Of a stretch of DNA of 32,000 bases, positions 9,459 to 16,562 are shown piece by piece (position 1 is the first letter of the stretch; every line of letters begins with the position of its first letter). The DNA comes from Candidatus Aenigmatarchaeota archaeon (GTDB lineage Archaea; Aenigmatarchaeota; Aenigmatarchaeia; Aenigmatarchaeales; JACQIB01), in contig JACQIB010000001.1 of the NCBI GenBank assembly GCA_016198755.1, forward strand, positions 1 to 32,000, in the 5' to 3' direction. Made by a program: the position numbers and the translations under genes. The notes beneath the pieces were generated by a model. That model saw only the letters and a program-made list of their open reading frames with translations. It was not told the DNA's origin and did no database searches.

Positions 9459-9794
9459 TCAATAAAGTTTTAATTTTCCTGTTAGTTTGTCTATTAACTT
9501 TTCATCAGCAGGCCCAATACCTAAAGCAGTTGCTGTGCCAGGTTCTAACTGTGTTAAGCCAGCATCCTCTATAAGGGTTGCAGGTAGTTTAGCTTTCTTT
9601 GCTTCCTTAAACAGTTCTCTCAGCTCCTGCTCAGAGGAAACCTTCAAAACAACTTTTTTCATCCCCTCTGAAAGCCACTCATCCTTTTCAGAAGCCTTGA
9701 GGAAAGCTGCAACTGAAGCGTGCGCAGACTGAGCCGAGGCTTTCCCAGCGCCCATTTTCAGGTCCTTTCTAAGTACAATTGCTTGTTTTAGCAT
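9459..9794 (-). CDS. pth2: Peptidyl-tRNA hydrolase, archaeal type (Pth2)
   Basis: 111 aa. It shows LRKDLKMGAGKASAQSAHASVAAF and LIEDAGLTQLEPGTATALGIGP, a typical Pth2 signature. Confidence 0.9.
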   Translation of the reverse strand: MLKQAIVLRKDLKMGAGKASAQSAHASVAAFLKASEKDEWLSEGMKKVVLKVSSEQELRELFKEAKKAKLPATLIEDAGLTQLEPGTATALGIGPADEKLIDKLTGKLKLY

Positions 9795-9855
9795 AAACCA
9801 AACTATCTGGGGAAGAATAAAAACCTTTAATTACTTGAAACATTTAAATTCATTT

Positions 9856-10470
9856 ATGCCGCGCATACCGTTTTTCAACTTAGCAAATCAGATAAGCCTG
9901 TTCAGGATAGCCCTCGTTCTTGCAATTTCTTACATTCTTTTCATAGATAGCATTTCCTTTCCTTTTCTTTCAATAAAGAGGCTTCGTGTTTTAGCCTTCT
10001 TTTTGGCTATTTTGGCTATAGTTTTGGATTATGTGGATGGTTTCATAGCAAGGAGAGATAATGTTGGAACAAAAGTAGGCGGAGTCATGGATGTGCTGGC
10101 AGACAGGATTGTGGAGAATATCTTCTGGATTTCTTTTGCTATACTCGGATTGGTACATCCGGCAATACCTATATTAATACTGATTAGGGGGCTGAGCACA
10201 GATGCTCTCCGTTCCTTTGCTTATGCGCGCGGTGCAACGACTTTTGGTATGATGAACTCTTTCTGGGGAAAACTTTTGGTTTCAAGCAGGATAAGCAGGG
10301 GAATTTCAGGCGGATCAAAGCTGATAACATTCCCATTAGTAATTTTCCAGTATGCGTTCCAGCTTTCTTACATGACAGATATTGTAACAGGTTTTGTTCT
10401 TTTCACAGCAGCCTTTACAATACTGCGCGGAATACTGGTTATTTATGACAGCCGCAGACTTTTCCTTTAA
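9856..10470 (+). CDS. CDP-alcohol phosphatidyltransferase (archaetidylglycerol-phosphate or archaetidylinositol-phosphate synthase-like)
   Basis: Signature D-G-x2-A-R-x8-G-x3-D-x3-D is present (DYVDGFIARRDNVGTKVGGVMDVLADRIVE). The protein is polytopic. The ORF opens at TTG 9835 and the first ATG is at 9856. Confidence 0.75.
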   Translation: MPRIPFFNLANQISLFRIALVLAISYILFIDSISFPFLSIKRLRVLAFFLAILAIVLDYVDGFIARRDNVGTKVGGVMDVLADRIVENIFWISFAILGLVHPAIPILILIRGLSTDALRSFAYARGATTFGMMNSFWGKLLVSSRISRGISGGSKLITFPLVIFQYAFQLSYMTDIVTGFVLFTAAFTILRGILVIYDSRRLFL

Positions 10471-11025
10471 TTACCAGGGCACAGCCTTTTCTTTCAGTTT
10501 AAATCCAATAAGGTTCACAGCTCTGTGCAGTATTGGAGTAATAACAAGCATTACAATAACCATACCCCAGTTTATTTCTGTAAACAAAAAGGAAAACACA
10601 AGAGCCCCTAGAATAAAGTTTAACTGATCCAGGAAAGGTATATCAGCTCCTCTATCCATTCCCAACCTTCTTTTGATAAAGCTCCCGCACATATCCCCAA
10701 TCAAAGCCCCAAATGGAACAAGCAAAATTAAAGGAAGAGTATATTGTGGAAGAGAGCCTCCAAGGGATTTTGCATAACTATTCAGGCTGGGCCATAAGAC
10801 AAACTCCGCACTCCCAACCAAACCACCCATACCAACACCCAATCCAAGACCTTCCCAGGTCTTTCCATCACCAAAAATTCTTTTTCCATCCCAAAGAGTT
10901 TTTCCAGAATCTATTGGATGGGTTCCGTGTGCAAGCGGCGGGTACATATTGGCAGCATAAGCAGGAAAAAGAATCCAGAAAGCTTTAACAAATTCTATCC
11001 ATATAAAGAACAGAACTTCAAACAA
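10471..11025 (-). CDS. carS: CDP-archaeol synthase (CarS, DUF46 family)
   Basis: 184 aa and polytopic. Motifs are LFPAYAANMYPPL, FGDGKTWEG and GDMCGSFIKRRLG...G...PFLDQ. Confidence 0.8.
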   Translation of the reverse strand: MFEVLFFIWIEFVKAFWILFPAYAANMYPPLAHGTHPIDSGKTLWDGKRIFGDGKTWEGLGLGVGMGGLVGSAEFVLWPSLNSYAKSLGGSLPQYTLPLILLVPFGALIGDMCGSFIKRRLGMDRGADIPFLDQLNFILGALVFSFLFTEINWGMVIVMLVITPILHRAVNLIGFKLKEKAVPW

Positions 11026-11596
11026 GCTTTTTCACCCTGAAATTTGCAACCATTAAAGCAAGGGAAATTCCGCATGCTATTGCAAAAACATATTCTGGAA
11101 GGGAGAAAAAACTATAAACTGCAAAAACAGCAGGAAAAATAAGCCCGTTAAAAGTTATGGGCATTCCAATATACCCCTGCGTTGCTGTTATGTTATACCT
11201 AGCCAGCCTGAGCGCACCGCCCATTATAAGCAGAGCAGGTAAAACAAGCCCCAGCGGGTTCGTGCCAATTAGTTTCCAGCTCAGGAAAGCTGGCACAACA
11301 CCAAAGGAAAACAGGTCAGCAAGCGAATCTAAATTTTTCCCAAAATCACCCGAAGTCCCCCTTTTCCTAGAAATTCTCCCGTCATTCCAGTCTAAAAATG
11401 CTGCAATAAGCATCAGAACAACGGCTTCCCATAACCTATTATCGAAAATCAATGCAACAGATCCAAAGCTTACACCAATCTCAGCCAGAGTTATTATGTT
11501 GGCAATTGAAATAAAGTACCACATTGAAAACCTGTCATAATCTCTTACTCTTGCTCCGCGCAACTTTTTTATTTTTGAACGGAAATTATACTTCAT
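11018..11596 (-). CDS. pssA: CDP-alcohol phosphatidyltransferase, archaetidylserine synthase-like
   Basis: DWNDGRISRKRGTSGDFGKNLDSLADLFSFG signature. The gene overlaps carS by 8 nt and psd by 4 nt. Its position next to psd supports serine as the head group. Confidence 0.7.
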   Translation of the reverse strand: MKYNFRSKIKKLRGARVRDYDRFSMWYFISIANIITLAEIGVSFGSVALIFDNRLWEAVVLMLIAAFLDWNDGRISRKRGTSGDFGKNLDSLADLFSFGVVPAFLSWKLIGTNPLGLVLPALLIMGGALRLARYNITATQGYIGMPITFNGLIFPAVFAVYSFFSLPEYVFAIACGISLALMVANFRVKKLV

Positions 11597-12186
11597 TTAA
11601 ACTCCCCCAATACAGTTTCCCCATCCACAACATTCTCCCCCCTACTAACATTTATTTTAAACTGTTTTGATGGAAGGGCTAAAACAGTTGTGGAGCCCAA
11701 AATTATCTTACCTATTTTCTGCCCCTTTTCAATCTTAGTACCCTCTTTCACCGAGCAGACAACCCTCCTTGCCAGCGCTCCAGAAATCTGAACTATAGCT
11801 GCAACAGTTTTTCCGGTTTCCATTACAATAATGTTGCGCGCGTTCTTGAAAAGGCTTTTCTTTATGTAAACAGGCAATCTTTTACCTTCCTGATATTCAA
11901 CCCTTTTTATGGTTCCATTCAAAGGAGCCCGTGTAACATGTACATTTAGCGGGGAAAGCCTTATTACAATAAGCTTTGCTTTTTCCAATCCCTTCACTGA
12001 AAAATCAAAAAGCTTGGAGAAATTCCCTTCAAAAACTTCCACAACCTTTCCGTTTGCAGGTGATACAATACCTTTCTTTGGTACAGTCCTCTCCGGAGAG
12101 CGGTTGAAAAACATATAGAATTCCACACAAGCAACCAAAATTGCAAAAGCAGCAATCCATTCCCAAACCATACAAAACCCTTCCAT
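11593..12186 (-). CDS. psd: Archaetidylserine (phosphatidylserine) decarboxylase proenzyme, short Asd type
   Basis: N-terminal TM helix, a self-cleavage LGST motif (KIILGSTTVLALP) and 197 aa. The start is ATG 12186, with ATG 12171 as an alternative. Confidence 0.75.
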   Translation of the reverse strand: MEGFCMVWEWIAAFAILVACVEFYMFFNRSPERTVPKKGIVSPANGKVVEVFEGNFSKLFDFSVKGLEKAKLIVIRLSPLNVHVTRAPLNGTIKRVEYQEGKRLPVYIKKSLFKNARNIIVMETGKTVAAIVQISGALARRVVCSVKEGTKIEKGQKIGKIILGSTTVLALPSKQFKINVSRGENVVDGETVLGEFK

Positions 12187-12222
12187 TCATTGGTTAAAAA
12201 GGCATTGGTGCCCCCGCTGGGA

Positions 12223-12325
12223 TTTTCACCCTACCTGAGGGGGTAGGGCTGCATTCAACATTGTTTATGTTGTATGCACCGAAACTTTTGAAGTTTCGGT
12301 TGTAGGGGGAAACATCCCCCTGAGC
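12223..12325 (-). other. tRNA intron 2 (103 nt, T-loop, between about positions 56 and 60; placement ambiguous by 3 nt)
   Basis: Removing it restores TTCAAAT between a perfect CTGGG/CCCAG T-stem. The insert carries four local hairpins: GGGGGAtgttTCCCCC, CCGAAACTTcaaAAGTTTCGG, GCATACAACAT..ATGTTGAATGC and CCCTACC..GGTAGGG. Confidence 0.65.
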
Positions 12326-12370
12326 TTTGAACCCAGGTCCTAAGGTCCGCAACCTCATGTCCTATCCATT

Positions 12371-12399
12371 CTAGCACACGAAGCTTGCTTCGCGCGAAG
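12371..12399 (-). other. tRNA intron 1 (29 nt, D-loop, around position 15/16; placement ambiguous by 4 nt because CTAG flanks both ends)
   Basis: Removing it restores a 10-nt D-loop containing GG. The insert contains GCTTCG/CGAAGC/GCTTCG, which are alternative pairing elements. Confidence 0.65.
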
Positions 12400-12423
12400 C
12401 TAGACTACAGGGGCTACAGAAGA

Positions 12424-12448
12424 TTTAAATACCTTTAGCTTTTAAATA
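12424..12448. promoter_or_regulatory. Divergent promoter region with two TTTAAATA octamers
   Basis: The octamer at 12441-12448 lies 27-34 nt upstream of the tRNA 5' end (12414, minus strand). The octamers at 12424 and 12441 lie 45 and 28 nt upstream of the ATG at 12476 (plus strand). Confidence 0.45.
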
Positions 12449-12475
12449 GAGCAGAAGTATGGAAGTTGTGAGAAA

Positions 12476-12637
12476 ATGGTATTGAAGTGCAGCACATGTG
12501 GGATTAATCTGGTTGGACAGGAAGAGTTTACAAAGTTTTTATGTCCATCCTGCGGGCAAAAAGAGTTTGTACGTTGCAGGCAGTGCAAAGTCCATTCCAC
12601 CAAGTATAAGTGCGAGTGCGGTTTTGAGGGGCCATAA
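12476..12637 (+). CDS. 53-aa Zn-ribbon protein (small archaeal Zn-ribbon gene conserved upstream of aEF-1beta)
   Basis: Below the ORF-track cutoff. Sequence MVLKCSTCGINLVGQEEFTKFLCPSCGQKEFVRCRQCKVHSTKYKCECGFEGP has CxxC, CPxCG, CxxC and CxC motifs. Its TAA abuts the ATG of ef1b. As I recall, this synteny is conserved in archaea. Confidence 0.7.
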   Translation: MVLKCSTCGINLVGQEEFTKFLCPSCGQKEFVRCRQCKVHSTKYKCECGFEGP

Positions 12638-12889
12638 ATGGGAACCGTTGCAATATCCATAAAAATTACACCAGAATCCCCAGAAGTGGATATAGAGAAT
12701 ATCAAAAAGAAGATACTTTCTGACATGGTTGTTAAAGACCTAAAAATAGAGCCAATAGCTTTTGGTCTGAAAGCAATCAAAATTTTGATAGTTAAAAATG
12801 ATACAGGCGGGACAGATGATGTTGAGGAAAAAATAAGGGGAATAGATGGGGTTGGAAGTGTGGAAGTGGAAAGCGTTACGTTACTTTAG
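12638..12889 (+). CDS. ef1b: Translation elongation factor aEF-1 beta
   Basis: 83 aa: MGTVAISIKITPESPEVD...EPIAFGLKAIKILIVKNDTGGTDDVEEKIRGIDGVGSVEVESVTLL. Length and motif pattern are typical of aEF-1beta. Confidence 0.85.
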   Translation: MGTVAISIKITPESPEVDIENIKKKILSDMVVKDLKIEPIAFGLKAIKILIVKNDTGGTDDVEEKIRGIDGVGSVEVESVTLL

Positions 12890-12912
12890 AAAAGAAAAAG
12901 AGGTTGATAGAA

Positions 12913-13140
12913 ATGGTAGAATTTGAAACAATGAGCTCAGCTGAAATAAAGTTCGGGAACAACAAGTTCCTGGAAGTTGCGAGGAAAAAGGCAAAGGGAG
13001 AAAGCGGTGAGACGGAAATTATTTCCATCTCAAAAGGCTTCATAGGATATGATGGGCAGAAAAGGTTCAAGAAATCCCTTGGTTTCCCTGCAGACAAGAA
13101 TATTATAGAAGAGCTGGCTGAAAAGATTAAAACAATCTAG
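12913..13140 (+). CDS. Small hypothetical protein (possible PC4/YdbC-like ssDNA-binding fold; weak)
   Basis: The ORF opens at TTG 12904. ATG 12913 is preceded by a GAGGT SD-like element. 75 aa and basic. The pattern FGNNKFLEV...ISISKGF..DGQKRFKKSLGF is only reminiscent of PC4-like proteins. Confidence 0.5.
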   Translation: MVEFETMSSAEIKFGNNKFLEVARKKAKGESGETEIISISKGFIGYDGQKRFKKSLGFPADKNIIEELAEKIKTI

Positions 13141-13265
13141 ATTTGTTTTGTTCCACTACAAACTTTACATCCGTAGGGTAGGGAACAGGTTTTACATATA
13201 GTAGCTCCGCAAACCTTACAGGTTGCTGCAGCCAAGCCCCCGCATCCAGTACATATACCAACCAT
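13137..13265 (-). CDS. 42-aa Cys-rich zinc-finger micro-protein with four CxxC motifs (unannotated)
   Basis: Below the ORF-track cutoff. Sequence MVGICTGCGGLAAATCKVCGATICKTCSLPYGCKVCSGTKQI has CxxC at residues 5/8, 16/19, 24/27 and 33/36. It fills an otherwise empty, locally GC-richer 166-nt gap. Its stop overlaps the convergent gene's stop. Confidence 0.45.
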   Translation of the reverse strand: MVGICTGCGGLAAATCKVCGATICKTCSLPYGCKVCSGTKQI

Positions 13266-13306
13266 AAAGAGTTTTAACCTAGCTAGCTTAAAGCTATTGT
13301 GGTTTA

Positions 13307-14158
13307 ATGGTACTCGAGTTTATAGTTGAGAAGGAGCTGAAGAAGCCTGTAAACCTTTTATTAACAGGCATACTGATCTCCTGCATTGCAATAGTTGTTT
13401 CCCTTTCCTTATTCGTAAGAACCCCCTCCCTTGTTCTTGTTGCTTTCATGACTTTGCCTGCAATCTATATTTTTACAAAGTTATTTGAAAAAGAAAGCAC
13501 TGCAGAGCTAAAAGCAAAAACAACTCTGGAGCTGATAAAAAAGAACAAGGATGTAATAGAGATGTATACTATACTTTTCATTGGAATGAGTATCGGAATA
13601 TCTCTCTGGTATGCATTCATGCCAAGGGAAACACTTTCAGTTTTGTTCTCCGAGCAGCTATACAATTTAAACCAGCTTGGTGTTTCTACAGGCTTCTATA
13701 CTTCCAGCTCTATCTTTAACGTTATTGTAGAAAACAATGCAAAACTCGTACTTTTGTCTGCAGCTCTTAGTTTTATTTTCGGTGCAGGCGCCCTCTATAT
13801 TTTATCATGGAACGCTTCTGTTGTTGGCTCTGCAGTTGGAACGCTTATCTATGGTATACGTACAGCAGAGTCAAACTCTGCAATAGGACTCTTGAAAGGG
13901 CTGGGAATGGGAGCAGCTTTTTATATACTGCATTTAGTTCCTGAAGTTATAGCCTATTTTAATGCTGCTATTGCCGGTGCAATAATATCAGTTGCAATAA
14001 TGCGTTACCAACCGCTCACAAAGCACAGCAACAAGCTGATATTTGCAGGCCTTTTCCTGATAGCACTCTCACTGATTTTGATTGTTTTCGCAGCAATGAT
14101 TGAAGTTGGTATAAGTCACCAGATACAATCGATCTTAAATCCTGCGCGCGGTTTCTAG
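13307..14158 (+). CDS. Polytopic membrane protein, SpoIIM/DUF95-like
   Basis: 283 aa with about 6 TM helices. The central and C-terminal pattern (NNAKLVLLSAALSFIFGAGALYIL, LHLVPEVIAYFNAAIAG) resembles stage-II-sporulation-M-like/DUF95 proteins. Confidence 0.45.
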   Translation: MVLEFIVEKELKKPVNLLLTGILISCIAIVVSLSLFVRTPSLVLVAFMTLPAIYIFTKLFEKESTAELKAKTTLELIKKNKDVIEMYTILFIGMSIGISLWYAFMPRETLSVLFSEQLYNLNQLGVSTGFYTSSSIFNVIVENNAKLVLLSAALSFIFGAGALYILSWNASVVGSAVGTLIYGIRTAESNSAIGLLKGLGMGAAFYILHLVPEVIAYFNAAIAGAIISVAIMRYQPLTKHSNKLIFAGLFLIALSLILIVFAAMIEVGISHQIQSILNPARGF

Positions 14159-14646
14159 GGCAGTTTTAGTTTTGCAAGCATTTCTACATAAGTGTTTAAT
14201 CTCTTTACCTGAGCTTCAATAATGTTCAGGGTTCTGAGAACATCCTTGTTTTCCTCTCCCTGCAGTTCTTTCCTGTATTTTGCAAACCTCTCCAAACTAT
14301 CCCCAACAGATTTTTGTATCTTTATAACAAAAGCCCTCTTTAACCCATCCAGCAAGTCCCCCTGCAGTTCAATATACAGGTTCCTGTCTCCAACCTTCTT
14401 TATTTTCTTAATCATACCTAAAAACTCCAGCAAATCCAAGCTAAGGGAGATTGCTGCAGAAGAAACACCAACTTCTTTTGCCAGCTCTTTCATGCTCAGT
14501 GTTTTTCCTGCAACCAAGAGCGCAGCCAGTATCCTCCCATTAATATCAGAATAACCAATAGAGGAGGCTATATCAGCAAAAGCCATGTAAATTTCCTTTT
14601 CAATTTCACGTTTTGTCGTTCCCATGTTCTGCACCTGTCTATTCAC
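14155..14646 (-). CDS. Winged-helix transcriptional regulator, GbsR/MarR-like
   Basis: The wHTH region is GRILAALLVAGKTLSMKELAKEVGVSSAAISLSLDLLEFLGMIKKIKKVGDRNLY, followed by a C-terminal helical domain. The gene is divergent from the radical-SAM gene. Confidence 0.65.
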   Translation of the reverse strand: MNRQVQNMGTTKREIEKEIYMAFADIASSIGYSDINGRILAALLVAGKTLSMKELAKEVGVSSAAISLSLDLLEFLGMIKKIKKVGDRNLYIELQGDLLDGLKRAFVIKIQKSVGDSLERFAKYRKELQGEENKDVLRTLNIIEAQVKRLNTYVEMLAKLKLP

Positions 14647-14708
14647 TACAGAGTAATAGCTTAGTTTTATATACCACCGCCCCTATAAATCCTTTAAACA
14701 TTAACAAG

Positions 14709-14726
14709 ATTTAAAACGTTTTAAAT
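14709..14726. promoter_or_regulatory. Perfect 18-bp palindrome ATTTAAAACGTTTTAAAT in the divergent intergenic region (candidate operator overlapping TATA-like elements)
   Basis: The sequence equals its own reverse complement. It lies 14-31 nt upstream of ATG 14740 and 63-80 nt upstream of the regulator start at 14646. Confidence 0.5.
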
Positions 14727-14739
14727 GTTGTGATAACAC

Positions 14740-16455
14740 ATGGCAGAACTGGCAACAGAGTTTATACCAAAAACAACATTGGAAATGAAAGAGGGAGAAA
14801 CCCTATACTATAAGTCAGCTTCTCTCTGTCCGGAGTGCTTAAAATTAATACCAATGAATGTTTTTGAGAAAGATGGAAAAGTTTTGCTCAGGAAAGCCTG
14901 CAAGGAACATGGAACAATAGAAGATGTTTATTGGGGGAATTCAGAGCTGTTCAAGAAGGCTAAAACATTCGAAGTTAAAGGGAGGGGATTGGAAAATCCA
15001 TTCATAACAAAGGACAATCCTATATGTCCTCAGGATTGTGGTCTTTGTTCAATACACGAGACTCACTCAGGCTTAACAAATTTGGTTATAACAAACCGCT
15101 GTGACTTAACCTGCTGGTACTGTTTCTTTTATGCTGAGAAAGCTGGCTATATTTATGAACCAACTTTAGATCAAATACGCGGAATGGTCGCACAGATAAA
15201 GGATGAAAAGCCAATTGCAGGAAATGCAATCCAGATTACAGGAGGAAACCCTGAACTAAGAGATGATTTGCCTGAAATAATAAAAATAATAAAGGAAGTC
15301 GGAATAGATCATGTTCAATTGAATACAAATGGCACAAACAAACTTTTCAAAGACCTGAACTTTGCAAAATCCATACGCGCCGCAGGAGTAAACACGGTTT
15401 ACCTGAGCTATGATGGTGTAACTCCGCAAACAAACCCAAAGAACCATTGGGAAGCACCTGCAATTTTAGATAACTGCAGGAAATCAAACCTTGGGGTTGT
15501 TCTTGTCCCAACTGTCATAAGGACAATAAACGACCATGAGATAGGAGATATACTGAAATTCGGATTTGATAATAATGATATTATAAAAGGAGTTAATTAC
15601 CAGCCAGTTTCTTTGGTTGGAAGAATGCCCACAAAAGAAAGGGAACGATTCAGAATAACAATACCAGATGTAATTGAAAAGCTTGAGGAAGCTACTAACG
15701 GTCAGGTTGGAAGGGAAGCTTTCTATCCAGTTCCATGTACAGTTATACTTTCAAACTTTGTAGAGGCTTTAACAGGCGGACCCAAATATGAGCTTTCAAT
15801 TAATCCAGCCTGCGGAATGGCAACCTATATTTTCAAGGATGGGGAAAAGCTTATACCAATAACAGACTTTGTGGATGTGGACGGTTTGTATGGATATCTA
15901 CGAGAGCAAACAGAAGCTCTGCAGAGCGGCGCAAACAAGTATGTTGTTATTGCGAAAATGATGACTAAACTCCCTTCATTCATAGACAATGATCGCCAGC
16001 CAAAGTGGCTTAACCTAGGAAAAGTCCTGTTCAATATTTTAGTAAAACATAACTATGAGGCTCTGGGTGCTTTCCACAAGAATGCTTTGTTCGTTGGAAT
16101 GATGCACTTCCAGGACCTATATAATTGGGATATACAGAGGATAAAGAAGTGCGACATCCATTACGCTACACCTGAAGGAGTTATCCCATTTTGTACATTC
16201 AATGTTATACCAGAATGGTACAGGGACAAGATACAGAAGAAACATTCTATCTCTTTACAGGAGTGGGAACAGAGGACAGGTCAGAGTTTGAAGGGAGGAT
16301 ACTACAAGAGGAACATTAAAGCTCTTATGGCAGATCCGCTCTATGCTAAAACTTATCCAAAAATTGCAGCCAAGCTTGCTGCACGCGCTGCTGCTCTTCC
16401 AGTTGCCCAGCCAGCCCAGTCTTCTTGCGCCACAGGCCCAGGCTGCGGTTGCTGA
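14740..16455 (+). CDS. Radical-SAM enzyme of the MJ0619/Tes (tetraether lipid synthase) architecture
   Basis: N-terminal rubredoxin-like CPEC...CKEHG, then CPQDCGLC, the radical-SAM triad NRCDLTCWYCF, GGNPELR, and a C-terminal KCDIHYATPEGVIPFCTFN. Radical-SAM assignment about 0.9; Tes-specific assignment about 0.5, from recalled family features. Confidence 0.7.
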   Translation: MAELATEFIPKTTLEMKEGETLYYKSASLCPECLKLIPMNVFEKDGKVLLRKACKEHGTIEDVYWGNSELFKKAKTFEVKGRGLENPFITKDNPICPQDCGLCSIHETHSGLTNLVITNRCDLTCWYCFFYAEKAGYIYEPTLDQIRGMVAQIKDEKPIAGNAIQITGGNPELRDDLPEIIKIIKEVGIDHVQLNTNGTNKLFKDLNFAKSIRAAGVNTVYLSYDGVTPQTNPKNHWEAPAILDNCRKSNLGVVLVPTVIRTINDHEIGDILKFGFDNNDIIKGVNYQPVSLVGRMPTKERERFRITIPDVIEKLEEATNGQVGREAFYPVPCTVILSNFVEALTGGPKYELSINPACGMATYIFKDGEKLIPITDFVDVDGLYGYLREQTEALQSGANKYVVIAKMMTKLPSFIDNDRQPKWLNLGKVLFNILVKHNYEALGAFHKNALFVGMMHFQDLYNWDIQRIKKCDIHYATPEGVIPFCTFNVIPEWYRDKIQKKHSISLQEWEQRTGQSLKGGYYKRNIKALMADPLYAKTYPKIAAKLAARAAALPVAQPAQSSCATGPGCGC

Positions 16456-16562
16456 AACGAGTTTCTAAGAAATAAGCCTATATTTAGCAACGTCTATTGA
16501 ATAGGCTAAAAAGCATATATTTATATACTTTGATATATACTAATATATAAAGAGGCACGAAT

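Larger units (their letters stand above)
12206..12414 (-). tRNA. tRNA-Arg(GCG): tRNA-Arg (anticodon GCG) with two non-canonical introns (29 nt in the D-loop, 103 nt in the T-loop) and an encoded CCA
   Basis: Acceptor stem GCCCCTG/CGGGGGC. D-stem GTCT/GGAC with D-loop AG[29 nt]AATGGATA. Anticodon arm TGAGG-TTGCGGA-CCTTA. T-arm CTGGG-TTCAAA[103 nt]T-CCCAG. Discriminator A plus CCA. 209-29-103 = 77 nt, which is a 74-nt cloverleaf plus CCA. G15/C48, G18G19 and T54T55C56 are present. Confidence 0.8.

Noticed and set aside
12442-12780. 112-aa minus-strand ORF
   Set aside because: It lies antisense to the Zn-ribbon gene and aEF-1beta, both of which have clear motifs.
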